Of a stretch of DNA of 63,171 nt, positions 10,809 through 21,867 are shown piece by piece. The position numbers and the translations under genes are program-made. This DNA comes from Acidimicrobiia bacterium (GTDB lineage Bacteria; Actinomycetota; Acidimicrobiia; Spongiisociales; UBA5794), in assembly GCA_030599515.1 (NCBI GenBank), contig JAUVNV010000001.1:1-63171 (forward strand), in the 5' to 3' direction. Position 1 is the first letter of the stretch, and each line of letters starts with the position of its first letter. The notes below the pieces were generated by a model, which was not told the origin of the DNA, made no database searches, and saw only the letters and a list, made by a program, of their open reading frames with translations.

Positions 10809-10912
10809 CGGAGTAGCGGAGTCGCGGAGTGGCGGAGTCGCGGAGTCGCGGAGGGACTCTTCGCCGACTACCGACTACCGACTACCGACTACCGACTACC
10901 GACTACCGACTA
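10801..10912. repeat. Tract C: (CGGAGTNG)x6-7 octamers followed by (CCGACTA)x7 heptamers
   Basis: Octamers lie at 10801-10856, one 7-nt linker CTCTTCG follows, then seven perfect CCGACTA units at 10864-10912. Confidence 0.9.
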
Positions 10913-10997
10913 CGGCGAGCAGGGGATCTCCCAAGGTTTCTCCGGGGATGATCGGTTTACGCGGTTTTCTGTCACAGTGGGTTGATACGTTGTCCGT

Positions 10998-12113
10998 ATG
11001 TTCTGGCAAACCCGTTCCGTGTCTGAGATGGAGGTAGAGCTCCTCGAGTTGGAGGAGAAGGTCTCTGAGATGAGGTGCCGTCAGTTGGTGCTGGTCAACG
11101 AGTTGGACAAGGTCAACATCGCCGCGTCGACCGGGTGTCGTTCCAGTGCGGAGTGGGTGGCGGCCCGTCTCGATCTCGGCCGCTCGACGGCGTCGGATCT
11201 GGTGTTTGCAGCCCGACGGTTGGCGAAGCATCGCCCAATCAACTTTCATCTGGCTGAGGGCCATATCAGCTTCGACCGGGCGGTTGCGACCATGCGTCTT
11301 GCCAAAGCGGGTGCGGACGAGGCGACGTTGAAGCATTCCGAGTCGTTGGATCTCGCCGGGGTGGGGCGGTTGACGTGCCGTCAGCGTCGTATCAGCCGTC
11401 GCGATGAGCGCGACGTGTTCGTGGAGCGTTTCGTGTCGGTTCAGCCGACGCTCGACGGTTCGTCGGGGCGTATATCTGCCCAGCTGCCCGGTATCGGGAT
11501 CCGCATCTTCGAGCAGGCGCTGTATGCACGCGCGGACGAGTTGCGTGCCTTGCCCGGCGGCGAAGCGTTCACTCGTGGTCAGCGTCAGGCCGACGCGCTG
11601 GTCGCACTGGCGATGGACTCCCTCGACCGCAACGGCGACATCGAAGGGTCGTCGGATTCTTCGGTGTCGATCTTCGTGGACCTCGACCGGGCGAACGGTA
11701 CCGGCGGTGAGATGGGTTGCGAGGTTGAGTACGGGCCGAGGGTCGGTCCGAACACGCTTGATGAGCTGCTGTGTACCGGCAGTGCGCAAATCATCGGGTT
11801 GGAGAAGGGCACACCCGTGGTCATCTCGCAGGCCGCGAGGGCGATCCCGCCCGCCGTCCGGCGTCTTGTGGCGGCCCGTGACGGCGGCTGCACCATTGCG
11901 GGCTGCACGTCTCGGTATCGGCTTGAGCCGCATCACATCAGGCTGCGTTCAAACGGCGGTTCCCACGACCCGGAGAATCTCACGACCCTGTGCTGGTTCC
12001 ACCACCACGTTGCGATCCACCAGCAGGGATTCCACATCGACCCCGACAGCCCGCCGCTGAGACGACACCTGATGCGGACACGAGCAGGTCCAGACCCACC
12101 GAGAATTGAGTAG
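10998..12113 (+). CDS. DUF222-type HNH endonuclease (13E12-repeat-family-like)
   Basis: 371 aa. The C-terminal HNH core is EPHHIRLRSNGGSHDPENLTTLCWFHHHVAIH. The N-terminal region resembles DUF222. The start could be 10998 or 11028. Confidence 0.8.
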   Translation: MFWQTRSVSEMEVELLELEEKVSEMRCRQLVLVNELDKVNIAASTGCRSSAEWVAARLDLGRSTASDLVFAARRLAKHRPINFHLAEGHISFDRAVATMRLAKAGADEATLKHSESLDLAGVGRLTCRQRRISRRDERDVFVERFVSVQPTLDGSSGRISAQLPGIGIRIFEQALYARADELRALPGGEAFTRGQRQADALVALAMDSLDRNGDIEGSSDSSVSIFVDLDRANGTGGEMGCEVEYGPRVGPNTLDELLCTGSAQIIGLEKGTPVVISQAARAIPPAVRRLVAARDGGCTIAGCTSRYRLEPHHIRLRSNGGSHDPENLTTLCWFHHHVAIHQQGFHIDPDSPPLRRHLMRTRAGPDPPRIE

Positions 12114-12198
12114 TCGAGTCCCCAGTCGCCAGTCCCCAATCGCCAGGCAGCCAGCAAGAGGAAACCTTCACCGGATACCGGATACCGGATACCGACTA
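12108..12198. repeat. Heptad tract D: 13 units including CCAGTCG CCAGTCC CCAATCG CCAGGCA GCCAGCA ... (CCGGATA)x3 CCGACTA
   Basis: The two repeat blocks are separated by exactly 14 nt, so a single 7-nt register is kept over 91 bp. The HNH TAG stop lies in the first unit. Confidence 0.75.
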
Positions 12199-12208
12199 CT
12201 GTCCGCGC

Positions 12209-13102
12209 ATGGCGATCCACGGCAGTATCGAGGGTGGTGGCACCAAGTTCGTGTGCGCCATCGGGAGTTCCCCAGACGATCTTCAGGCTGTGGCCACGAT
12301 TCCTACGACGACGCCCGAGGAGACGCTCAGCCGCGCGATCTCATTCCTTTCTCGACACGGGCCGCTCGATGCCATCGGCGTGGCCATGTTCGGCCCGCTC
12401 GATCTGGATCGCTCCTCGGCAACGTACGGCTCGGTCCGGGCGACTCCCAAGCCGGGATGGTCCGGGGCCGAGATCGTTGCACCGTTCCAAGAAGCCTTCG
12501 GCCTCCCCATCGGGTTCGATACGGACGTCAACGGGGCCGCTCTCGGCGAGGGACGGTGGGGAGCCGGACGCGGCCTCGGGACCTTCCTGTACGTCACCGT
12601 CGGAACCGGTATCGGCGGCGGAGGGGTGATCGATGGGAGACCCATGCACGGTCTCATTCATCCCGAGATCGGCCATCTCAGGATCCCGCGTCACCCCGAG
12701 GATCCGTTCCCGGGACGATGCTCATTCCACGGGGACTGCCTCGAAGGTCTCGCAGCGGGTCCGGCTCTGGCCGAACGGTGGGGTCGGCCGGTCGAGGACC
12801 TCGGAGAGGATCTGGACCAGGCCGTCGCGTTCGAGGCCCACGCCCTCGGCTACGCGATGGCGAACCTCGTGCTCACGGTTTCTCCGGAGCGGATCATTCT
12901 CGGCGGTGGAGTGATGCACATTCCCGGACTGCTCGATGCCACTCGAAGACAGATGGTCGAGTCACTCGGCGGCTATGTCGATGCACCTGCTCTCGGTGAC
13001 GGTGCGGCAGGCTTCCTCGTGGCGCCGGAACTCGGCGATCGTTCGGGTATCGCCGGCGGGTTGGTGCTTGCGGAGCGTGCTTCGTCCGGCTTGAACCGAT
13101 GA
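12209..13102 (+). CDS. ROK family sugar kinase (fructokinase/glucokinase-like)
   Basis: 297 aa with DTDVNGAALGE, VTVGTGIGGG and a His/Cys zinc motif (HPEIGH ... C..HGDC). Confidence 0.85.
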   Translation: MAIHGSIEGGGTKFVCAIGSSPDDLQAVATIPTTTPEETLSRAISFLSRHGPLDAIGVAMFGPLDLDRSSATYGSVRATPKPGWSGAEIVAPFQEAFGLPIGFDTDVNGAALGEGRWGAGRGLGTFLYVTVGTGIGGGGVIDGRPMHGLIHPEIGHLRIPRHPEDPFPGRCSFHGDCLEGLAAGPALAERWGRPVEDLGEDLDQAVAFEAHALGYAMANLVLTVSPERIILGGGVMHIPGLLDATRRQMVESLGGYVDAPALGDGAAGFLVAPELGDRSGIAGGLVLAERASSGLNR

Positions 13103-13147
13103 CGGCGCCGTGCCCGTAGACTGCGCTGACCCGACCCGGATGCACAC

Positions 13148-14061
13148 ATGCGCCTTTCCACGAGAACCCTGCTCCTGACCGCGGCCGCCGCGACTATCGT
13201 TGCTTCCTGTTCCGGCTCGTCCATCGTCGCAACCATCGACGACGCAACGATCGACGACGCCTCGGTGGTGGTCTTGAGGACGAGTTCCACGGAGAACTCC
13301 AATCGCAACGCGGACGACTATCGGTCCGACCTCACCAATCTGATCTACCTCGAAGCGCAGAAGAACGCTGCATATCAGGATTTCGGCCTGGTCGGTCTCG
13401 ACGATCCTGATGCCATCGCGGCGAAGATCGCGGATCCGACTCCCGAGGAGGCCGAGATCTTCACCAACGTTGCGAATACTCCCGGTCGAACCGACGCGAC
13501 GGTCGAGGCCGTAGCCGAGCAGTTCATCATTCGGGAAGAGGTCGCCCCGTTGCTCGTCGCCGATGTCGACTATCTCACCTCTGTCTACGAGAACCAGCCG
13601 CTGATGCTGGTCGAGGTCTGCGTCCGTCACATTCTGACCGGGACGGAGGATGAGGCCCGAACGGCGAAGGCACGCATCGATGGCGGCGAGGACTTCGCCG
13701 CGGTCGCCGGCGAGGTCTCGCTCGACACGTCCAGTCCGGGCGGCCAACTCCCATGCCCCTCCCCGGTGAGTGCGTTCGTCGCTGAGTTCTCCGCAGCGTC
13801 CGCCGTTGCACCGCTCGGAGAACTCACGGACCCCGTACCGTCGGAATTCGGCTGGCACATCATCGTCGTCGACGAGCGATCCGGTCCCGAGACGCTCGAT
13901 GCGTTCCTCGCCGACCCGATCGCGTATCTCCCTTCCAGTGTTGTCGGCGATCTCTGGATCGGGTGGGTCAACGATTCGATCGGCTCTGCCGACATCGAAG
14001 TGAGCTCGCAGATCGGGTCATGGACGCACGATTCGCACGGCATCCTGCCTCCACCGGCTGG

Positions 14062-14065
<4 letters not shown>
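13148..14065 (+). CDS. PpiC/parvulin-type peptidyl-prolyl isomerase lipoprotein
   Basis: Signal peptide with lipobox IVASCSG. Parvulin core VRHIL ... GEDFAAVAGEVS ... FGWHIIVV. Confidence 0.75.
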
Positions 14066-16837
<2,772 letters not shown>

Positions 16838-16838
<1 letters not shown>

Positions 16839-17266
16839 TGACGGAGACGCTCGAACGCACCACGGAGACCCCACCATCCAGGAAGCAACGCTGGGGATGG
16901 GTGCTGGCTGTGTTGTTGCTTGGAGCGCTCGCGCTCACGGTCTCTGGAATTCTCCCGTTCCGCCAGCTCGTGTCCCAGCAACGTCAGATCGAGCGCACCC
17001 AGGATCAGCTCACGGCTCTTCAACGCGAGAACCAGGTGTTGAGCGAAGACATCGAGATGCTCGGTACGGATGCCGAGATCGAACGCATCGCTCGTGAACA
17101 GTACGGCCTGGTGCGACCCGGTGAGGTCGCCTACGTCGTCGTGACTCCGAGGGAGACGCCGGTCGCCGAGGCGTTGCCCGACCCGGTTGTGCGGTCCGAC
17201 GAGCGTCCCTGGTGGCAGCGCGTATGGGATTTCATCACGGGGAACGACATCAACCCCGATGGATGA
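16838..17266 (+). CDS. ftsB: Septum formation initiator (FtsB/DivIC family)
   Basis: One TM helix followed by a coiled coil (QLTALQRENQVLSEDIEML). Conserved position after eno. The ATG shares 1 nt with the eno TGA. Confidence 0.75.
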
Positions 17267-17786
17267 CCGCAGCGTCGTTCAAGTGCAGATCGGCCGTCCT
17301 CCCCGCTCCGTGATCGACGTCGCTGCTCGCTGTCATCTGGGTCTCCCGATCGTCATCACAGTGCCTCCACTCCTCGACGACGACACACCGTTTCCGACTC
17401 TCTACTGGCTGACCTGCCCGCTCGCCGGCAAACGCATAGGAAGGGTCGAGGCCGGGGGAGGGGTTCGCCGTGCCGAACTGATGATCGCCGGCGATCCCAT
17501 CTTCTCCGACCGCTACGCCGCTGCTGCAGAGCGGTATCGGAAGTCCCGGGATGCGATGATTCCGGCCGGATTCGAAGGGCACCGGCCGACGGGTGGCGTC
17601 GGTGGTACCGGTTCGGGCGTCAAGTGTCTCCATGCCCACTACGCGGACACGGCCGCCGGCAATGACAACCCGGTCGGTGAGTGGACCGCGGCGCAGATCG
17701 AACCACTCGACTGTGAAGCCGTCTGTGTTGTCGCCGCCGAGGACGGAACCTCCGTCAAGAACCCGGACTGGATCGAGCCGCGATGA
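17259..17786 (+). CDS. DUF501 domain protein
   Basis: Sits in the conserved actinobacterial position between ftsB and ppx. Cys/His-containing core (LHAHYADTAAG). I chose the start at ATG 17259. Confidence 0.65.
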   Translation: MDDRSVVQVQIGRPPRSVIDVAARCHLGLPIVITVPPLLDDDTPFPTLYWLTCPLAGKRIGRVEAGGGVRRAELMIAGDPIFSDRYAAAAERYRKSRDAMIPAGFEGHRPTGGVGGTGSGVKCLHAHYADTAAGNDNPVGEWTAAQIEPLDCEAVCVVAAEDGTSVKNPDWIEPR

Positions 17787-18679
17787 TCGTCGGTGTTGTC
17801 GATATCGGAACCAACTCCATGCGTCTCCTGGTCACCGACGGTCGGAGAGAACTGCACCGCGAGGTCGAGGTCACGGCGCTTGGAGCCGGAGTGGATCGGA
17901 CGGGGGGGTTCGACGAAGAACGCGTTGTGGCGACGTTGGACGTTCTCGGACACTACGGAGCGATCATGGATCGTCTCGGCGTGGGGCGTCGTCGAGCCGT
18001 GGCAACGTCGGCGACGCGCGACGCCGGGGATGGAACCGAGTTCATGGAACGCGCCGCTCGAGTCCTGGGAGTAGCTCCTGAGGTCATCTCCGGAACAGAG
18101 GAAGCTGAGCTTTCGTACCTTGGCGCCACGGCTTCGATGGGCACACGAATGGCGACGGTCGTGATCGACATCGGAGGAGGATCGACCGAGTTCGTGTACG
18201 GGAACGGGACGGCGACTCACGCGACGAGCGTCGACATCGGTTCGGTCCGTCTCACGGAACGATCGCTCCCATCCCGACCGGCTTCGGAAACGGAACTGAA
18301 GGAGGCCCGTGCCGCCGCTGCGGAGGCATTCCAGGCACCGTCGCTCCCCGGATCTCCCGAGCGAGCCGTCGGTGTCGCCGGTTCGTTCACCAGTCTCGCG
18401 GCGATCGCCCTCGACCTCCTCGCATACGATCGGGACCGTGTGCACGGGTCGATCCTGACCATCGCCGTGATTCGCGGCCTGATCGATAGGATCGCAGTTC
18501 TGAGCGTGGACGAGACGACGACCGAATTCCCATCTCTCGATCCCAAACGCGCCCCGGTGATCCTCGCAGGAGCGATCCTCGCCGAAGGAGCCCTGACGGC
18601 GATTGCCGCCGACCAAGTGACGGTGAGCGAACACGACCTCCTCGACGGCCTGGCGCTGACAGTGCTCCGTAGCCGGTAG
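17783..18679 (+). CDS. ppx: Ppx/GppA family exopolyphosphatase
   Basis: 298 aa. ASKHA phosphate-1 motif VDIGTNSMRLLV, then DIGGGSTEF. ATGA overlap with DUF501. Confidence 0.88.
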   Translation: MIVGVVDIGTNSMRLLVTDGRRELHREVEVTALGAGVDRTGGFDEERVVATLDVLGHYGAIMDRLGVGRRRAVATSATRDAGDGTEFMERAARVLGVAPEVISGTEEAELSYLGATASMGTRMATVVIDIGGGSTEFVYGNGTATHATSVDIGSVRLTERSLPSRPASETELKEARAAAAEAFQAPSLPGSPERAVGVAGSFTSLAAIALDLLAYDRDRVHGSILTIAVIRGLIDRIAVLSVDETTTEFPSLDPKRAPVILAGAILAEGALTAIAADQVTVSEHDLLDGLALTVLRSR

Positions 18680-18715
18680 CCCGTGCTTCCGTCTTGCTAC
18701 TTGCTGCTTTCTTCT
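18667..18715. repeat. Heptad tract E (degenerate): CCGTAGC CGGTAGC CCGTGCT TCCGTCT TGCTACT TGCTGCT TTCTTCT
   Basis: Seven units in 7-nt register. The tract contains the ppx TAG stop (18677-18679) and, on the minus strand, the TAG stop of the EF-G-like gene (18697-18699). Confidence 0.5.
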
Positions 18716-20784
18716 TCGAGTTCCTTCACTACCTGGTCCGCCATGTGTGACGGCATCTCCTGGTAGTGGTCGTGGGCGGCGCTGAACTGACCCCACCCCT
18801 GGGTCAAGGAGCGCAGATCGATCGCGTAGTTCATGATCTCCGATGTCGGCACCAGCGCTGTGATCAGCTGTCGCCCACCGGCTGCCGCTTCGGTTCCCTG
18901 CAACTGGCCACGGCGCGACGACAGGTCACCCATCACGTCGCCCTGGTAGTCGGCGGGAACCGTGACTTTCAGTCGGGAAATCGGCTCGAGCATGACAGGC
19001 CCTGCCTGCTCCATGGCGCTCTTGAATCCGAGGCGTCCGGCCATCTTGAAGCTCATCTCCGACGAGTCGACCGAGTGGTACTTCCCGTCGTAGACGGCAA
19101 CCTGGACGTCGACTACGGGAAAACCGCGAGTCCCTCCGTCTGCCATGGTCTCCCTCACGCCTTTCTCGACCGCCGGGATGAACTGACGTGGGATGGATCC
19201 CCCTTTGATCTCGTCGACGAACTCGAACCCGGTACCACCCGGTAGCGGACTGACTCGAAGGAAACAAACGCCGTACTGCCCGTGCCCGCCGGTCTGCTTC
19301 TTGTATTTCCCTTCAGCCTGTGCCGAGCGCGAGATCGTCTCGCGGTAGGGCACCTTCGCCTTCGTGGTCTCAACGGCGACGCCGAACTTGCGCTGCAAAC
19401 GCTCGAGGGTGATCGTGAGGTGGGTCTCGCCCATGCCCCACAGCAGTGTCTGCTTCGTTTCGCTGTTGCGTTCGAGTAGGAGAGCCGGATCCTCGGCAAG
19501 GATGCGGCGAAGGGCGTTCGCCAGTTTGTCCTCGTCAGCCTGGGTCTTCGCCGTCACCGCCGTGGAGAGAACGGGTTCGGGTCGGTCGACGGGAGGAAGC
19601 GTGACCGGCTTGTTCTTGGGAGCGAGTGTGTCACCGGTATCCGTGTCGGACAACTTGGCGACGGCGACGATGTCTCCCGCAGGGGCAGATGCCACGAGTT
19701 CGGTCTCCTTGCCGATCATCGTTGCGATCTTCGCCAGCTTCTCATCCGATCCGGAGCGGCTGTTCGAGAGCGTCGTCTCGGGCTTGAGTGTGCCCGATCG
19801 GACCCGCATCAGCGAGATCTGTCCGACGTACGGGTCGGCGATCGTCTTGAACACGAACGCCAGGGGATCACCCGACACATCGGAGACGACTTCGACGGTC
19901 TGGTCGCCGGCCTTGACCACCATCGGGGGACGATCTGTGGGTGCCGGGCCGAGTTCGGTGATGAAATCGGCGAGCCGATCGACGGCGATTGGCCCGGTGG
20001 CGGAACCACACACAACCGGGAACACGGTTGCTTCGGCGATCCCCTTCGCCATCGTGTGCTCGAGTTCGGGTACGGAAGGAATGTCACCGTCGAGGTATCG
20101 CTCGAGCATCTCGTCATCGGCTACAACGATGCCTTCGACGAGGTTGTCGTGGATCTCGTGTTCGCGACTCGACATCTCTTCCGGGATCTCCACCTCTTCT
20201 GCCTGGCCCGAGTCGTAGATGTAGGCCTTGTCACGGAAGAGGTCGGCGACGCCGTGGAAGGCGTCGTGTTCACCGATCGGGAGTTCGATGGGGGCGATGC
20301 CTGCACCGAATCGATCACGAAGGTGTTCGAGGGTCCGGTCGAACGATGCCCGTTCCTTGTCGAGTTTGTTGATGAACACCATGCGGGGCACACGGAGGGT
20401 ATCGGCGACACTCCAGGCGTACTCGGTCTGAACTTCGACGCCGTCGACCGCGGACACGACGAAGATGGCGAGATCAGAGACGCGCAGTGCGGCGTGGACG
20501 TCGCCGACGAAGTCCGCGTAGCCGGGGGTATCGATCAGGTTGATCTTGAAGCCCTTCCACTCGAACGGTGCAAGGGCGAGAGAGAGCGACATTCCACGAG
20601 CGTGCTCCTCGGGATCGAAGTCGGTCACTGTGGTGCCGTCCTCGATCGTCCCGAGGCGTTGGATCGTCCCTGCGCGGTAGAGGAGCGCCTCGGCGAGCGT
20701 GGTCTTCCCGGCGCCAGAGTGTCCGACGAGAGCTACGTTCCGAATCTTGTCCGGTGGGAACACCTTCACTGCGTGAGCCTCCAT
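18697..20784 (-). CDS. Elongation factor G paralog (EF-G-like GTPase)
   Basis: 695 aa with G motifs GHSGAGKTT, DTPGYADF and NKLD. Not in the str operon context, so probably an EF-G2-type paralog. Confidence 0.85.
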   Translation of the reverse strand: MEAHAVKVFPPDKIRNVALVGHSGAGKTTLAEALLYRAGTIQRLGTIEDGTTVTDFDPEEHARGMSLSLALAPFEWKGFKINLIDTPGYADFVGDVHAALRVSDLAIFVVSAVDGVEVQTEYAWSVADTLRVPRMVFINKLDKERASFDRTLEHLRDRFGAGIAPIELPIGEHDAFHGVADLFRDKAYIYDSGQAEEVEIPEEMSSREHEIHDNLVEGIVVADDEMLERYLDGDIPSVPELEHTMAKGIAEATVFPVVCGSATGPIAVDRLADFITELGPAPTDRPPMVVKAGDQTVEVVSDVSGDPLAFVFKTIADPYVGQISLMRVRSGTLKPETTLSNSRSGSDEKLAKIATMIGKETELVASAPAGDIVAVAKLSDTDTGDTLAPKNKPVTLPPVDRPEPVLSTAVTAKTQADEDKLANALRRILAEDPALLLERNSETKQTLLWGMGETHLTITLERLQRKFGVAVETTKAKVPYRETISRSAQAEGKYKKQTGGHGQYGVCFLRVSPLPGGTGFEFVDEIKGGSIPRQFIPAVEKGVRETMADGGTRGFPVVDVQVAVYDGKYHSVDSSEMSFKMAGRLGFKSAMEQAGPVMLEPISRLKVTVPADYQGDVMGDLSSRRGQLQGTEAAAGGRQLITALVPTSEIMNYAIDLRSLTQGWGQFSAAHDHYQEMPSHMADQVVKELEEESSK

Positions 20785-20903
20785 GTTGTCGATCGGCGAT
20801 CAGATGCTACTCAAGGTCGCGTGCCATGCCATCTGGGACACCCGCGGCATGCCCGCTACGCTCGATATGGATAGTGAGCAAGTCGCGCTCGACACGCTCC
20901 TTG

Positions 20904-20987
20904 GCCCGGGTGGCGTAATCGGTAGACGCGGCGGTCTTAAACACCGCTGTCCTTCGGGGCGTGGGGGTTCAAGTCCCTCCCCGGGCA
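20904..20987 (+). tRNA. tRNA-Leu (anticodon TAA)
   Basis: Acceptor GCCCGGG/CCCGGGC, anticodon stem GCGGT/ACCGC with loop CTTAAAC, long variable arm, T arm GGGGG-TTCAAGT-CCCTC. Confidence 0.88.
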
Positions 20988-21006
20988 CAGAGCCTCAAGA
21001 GGCTCG

Positions 21007-21048
21007 GTAATGAGTACTGCGTATTGAGTACTCGGTACGACTACGGCT
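21007..21048. repeat. Heptad tract F: GTAATGA GTACTGC GTATTGA GTACTCG GTACGAC TACGGCT
   Basis: Six units in register directly after tRNA-Leu. The tract contains the minus-strand TAG stop (21041-21043) of the PLDc_N/SHOCT gene. Confidence 0.7.
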
Positions 21049-21388
21049 GCGCGAGCCCGAAGATGGCGGACTTCTCGGCGGCGAACTCCCTGTCGGTGAT
21101 CGAGCCGGACTCGTGGTTCGCTTCGAGACGGTGTATCTCGTCGATCGCTCTCCGCGTCGCAGTCGGGTCGGTGTCACGCAATCCCTTCACCGGAGCGGGT
21201 GGGCGTACGAAGGCGTAGATGAGCACTCCGATGTAGGGGATGACGATCACGGCCGCGGACCAGATGCCCTTCCAACCGATCGAGAGATCGCTGCGCCTGA
21301 CGATGATGTGGAACAACACCAACGCCCAGATCACAGCCAGCGGAATCAGAACGATTGCGACGGCGACGATCTGCCCGGTGTCGCTCAT
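21041..21388 (-). CDS. Small membrane protein, PLDc_N-like N-terminus plus SHOCT-like C-terminus
   Basis: 115 aa. Two TM helices (WSAAVIVIPYIGVLIYAF) and a C-terminal SITDREFAAEKSAIF motif typical of SHOCT. Confidence 0.65.
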   Translation of the reverse strand: MSDTGQIVAVAIVLIPLAVIWALVLFHIIVRRSDLSIGWKGIWSAAVIVIPYIGVLIYAFVRPPAPVKGLRDTDPTATRRAIDEIHRLEANHESGSITDREFAAEKSAIFGLAQP

Positions 21389-21777
21389 GCCGAGTCGGAC
21401 CCGAGGAGTTTGTCCTTCTCCCGCTGGAACTCTTCGTCGGTGAGGATCGACTTGTCACGAAGGTCGGCGAGTCGTTCGAGTTGGTCGGCGACGTCTGCGG
21501 CACCGGGTGTCGAAACACCCGGATCGGATACCGTCACCGGAGCCGATGCCGGCCGATCATCGGCCGGGCGTTCGCCGGCTGCCTGTGTCTGTGGTTCGCG
21601 GAGGAGGAAGTACACCAGCATGCCGATGAGGGGGAGGAGCACGATCGCTACCGCCCACAACGCCTTCGCGATCCCGGTGAGATCTTCTCGTTGGAAGAGA
21701 TCGACGAGCGTGAAGACCCACAGCATGATGAGGGGTATGAAGATCATCAGAACGAAGAAAAGCTGCCAGAAGGTCAT
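21385..21777 (-). CDS. Small membrane protein, PLDc_N-like N-terminus plus SHOCT-like C-terminus (paralog)
   Basis: I chose the start at ATG 21777, which has AAGGAG 6 nt upstream. TM helices (LWAVAIVLLPLIGMLVYFL) and C-terminal ILTDEEFQREKDKLL. 4-nt overlap with the downstream paralog. Confidence 0.65.
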   Translation of the reverse strand: MTFWQLFFVLMIFIPLIMLWVFTLVDLFQREDLTGIAKALWAVAIVLLPLIGMLVYFLLREPQTQAAGERPADDRPASAPVTVSDPGVSTPGAADVADQLERLADLRDKSILTDEEFQREKDKLLGSDSA

Positions 21778-21867
21778 GTCCGCTCCTTGTTGAGTTGTCT
21801 CATCGTAACCGGAGGGATTCAACCTCGGTCGATTCCTGCCGATACGTACGAGAACGGATCGGAGATC

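Noticed and set aside
10998-12113. Calling the DUF222-HNH gene an insertion sequence or transposon
   Set aside because: There is no transposase, no terminal inverted repeats and no target-site duplication that I can define. Only the flanking heptad arrays are notable. It is reported as a finding, not as a mobile_element feature.
18697-20784. The EF-G-like gene as the canonical fusA
   Set aside because: It is isolated from rpsL, rpsG and tuf, and its G1 motif is GHSGAGKTT rather than the canonical AHIDAGKTT. I annotated it as a paralog without a gene symbol.
21355-21867. N-terminal 171 codons of the track ORF for the GGDEF-EAL gene
   Set aside because: This part overlaps both PLDc_N/SHOCT genes on the other strand and translates to low-complexity sequence. 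A sensible start (MPRPGSW..., followed by a TM helix) exists at 21868.
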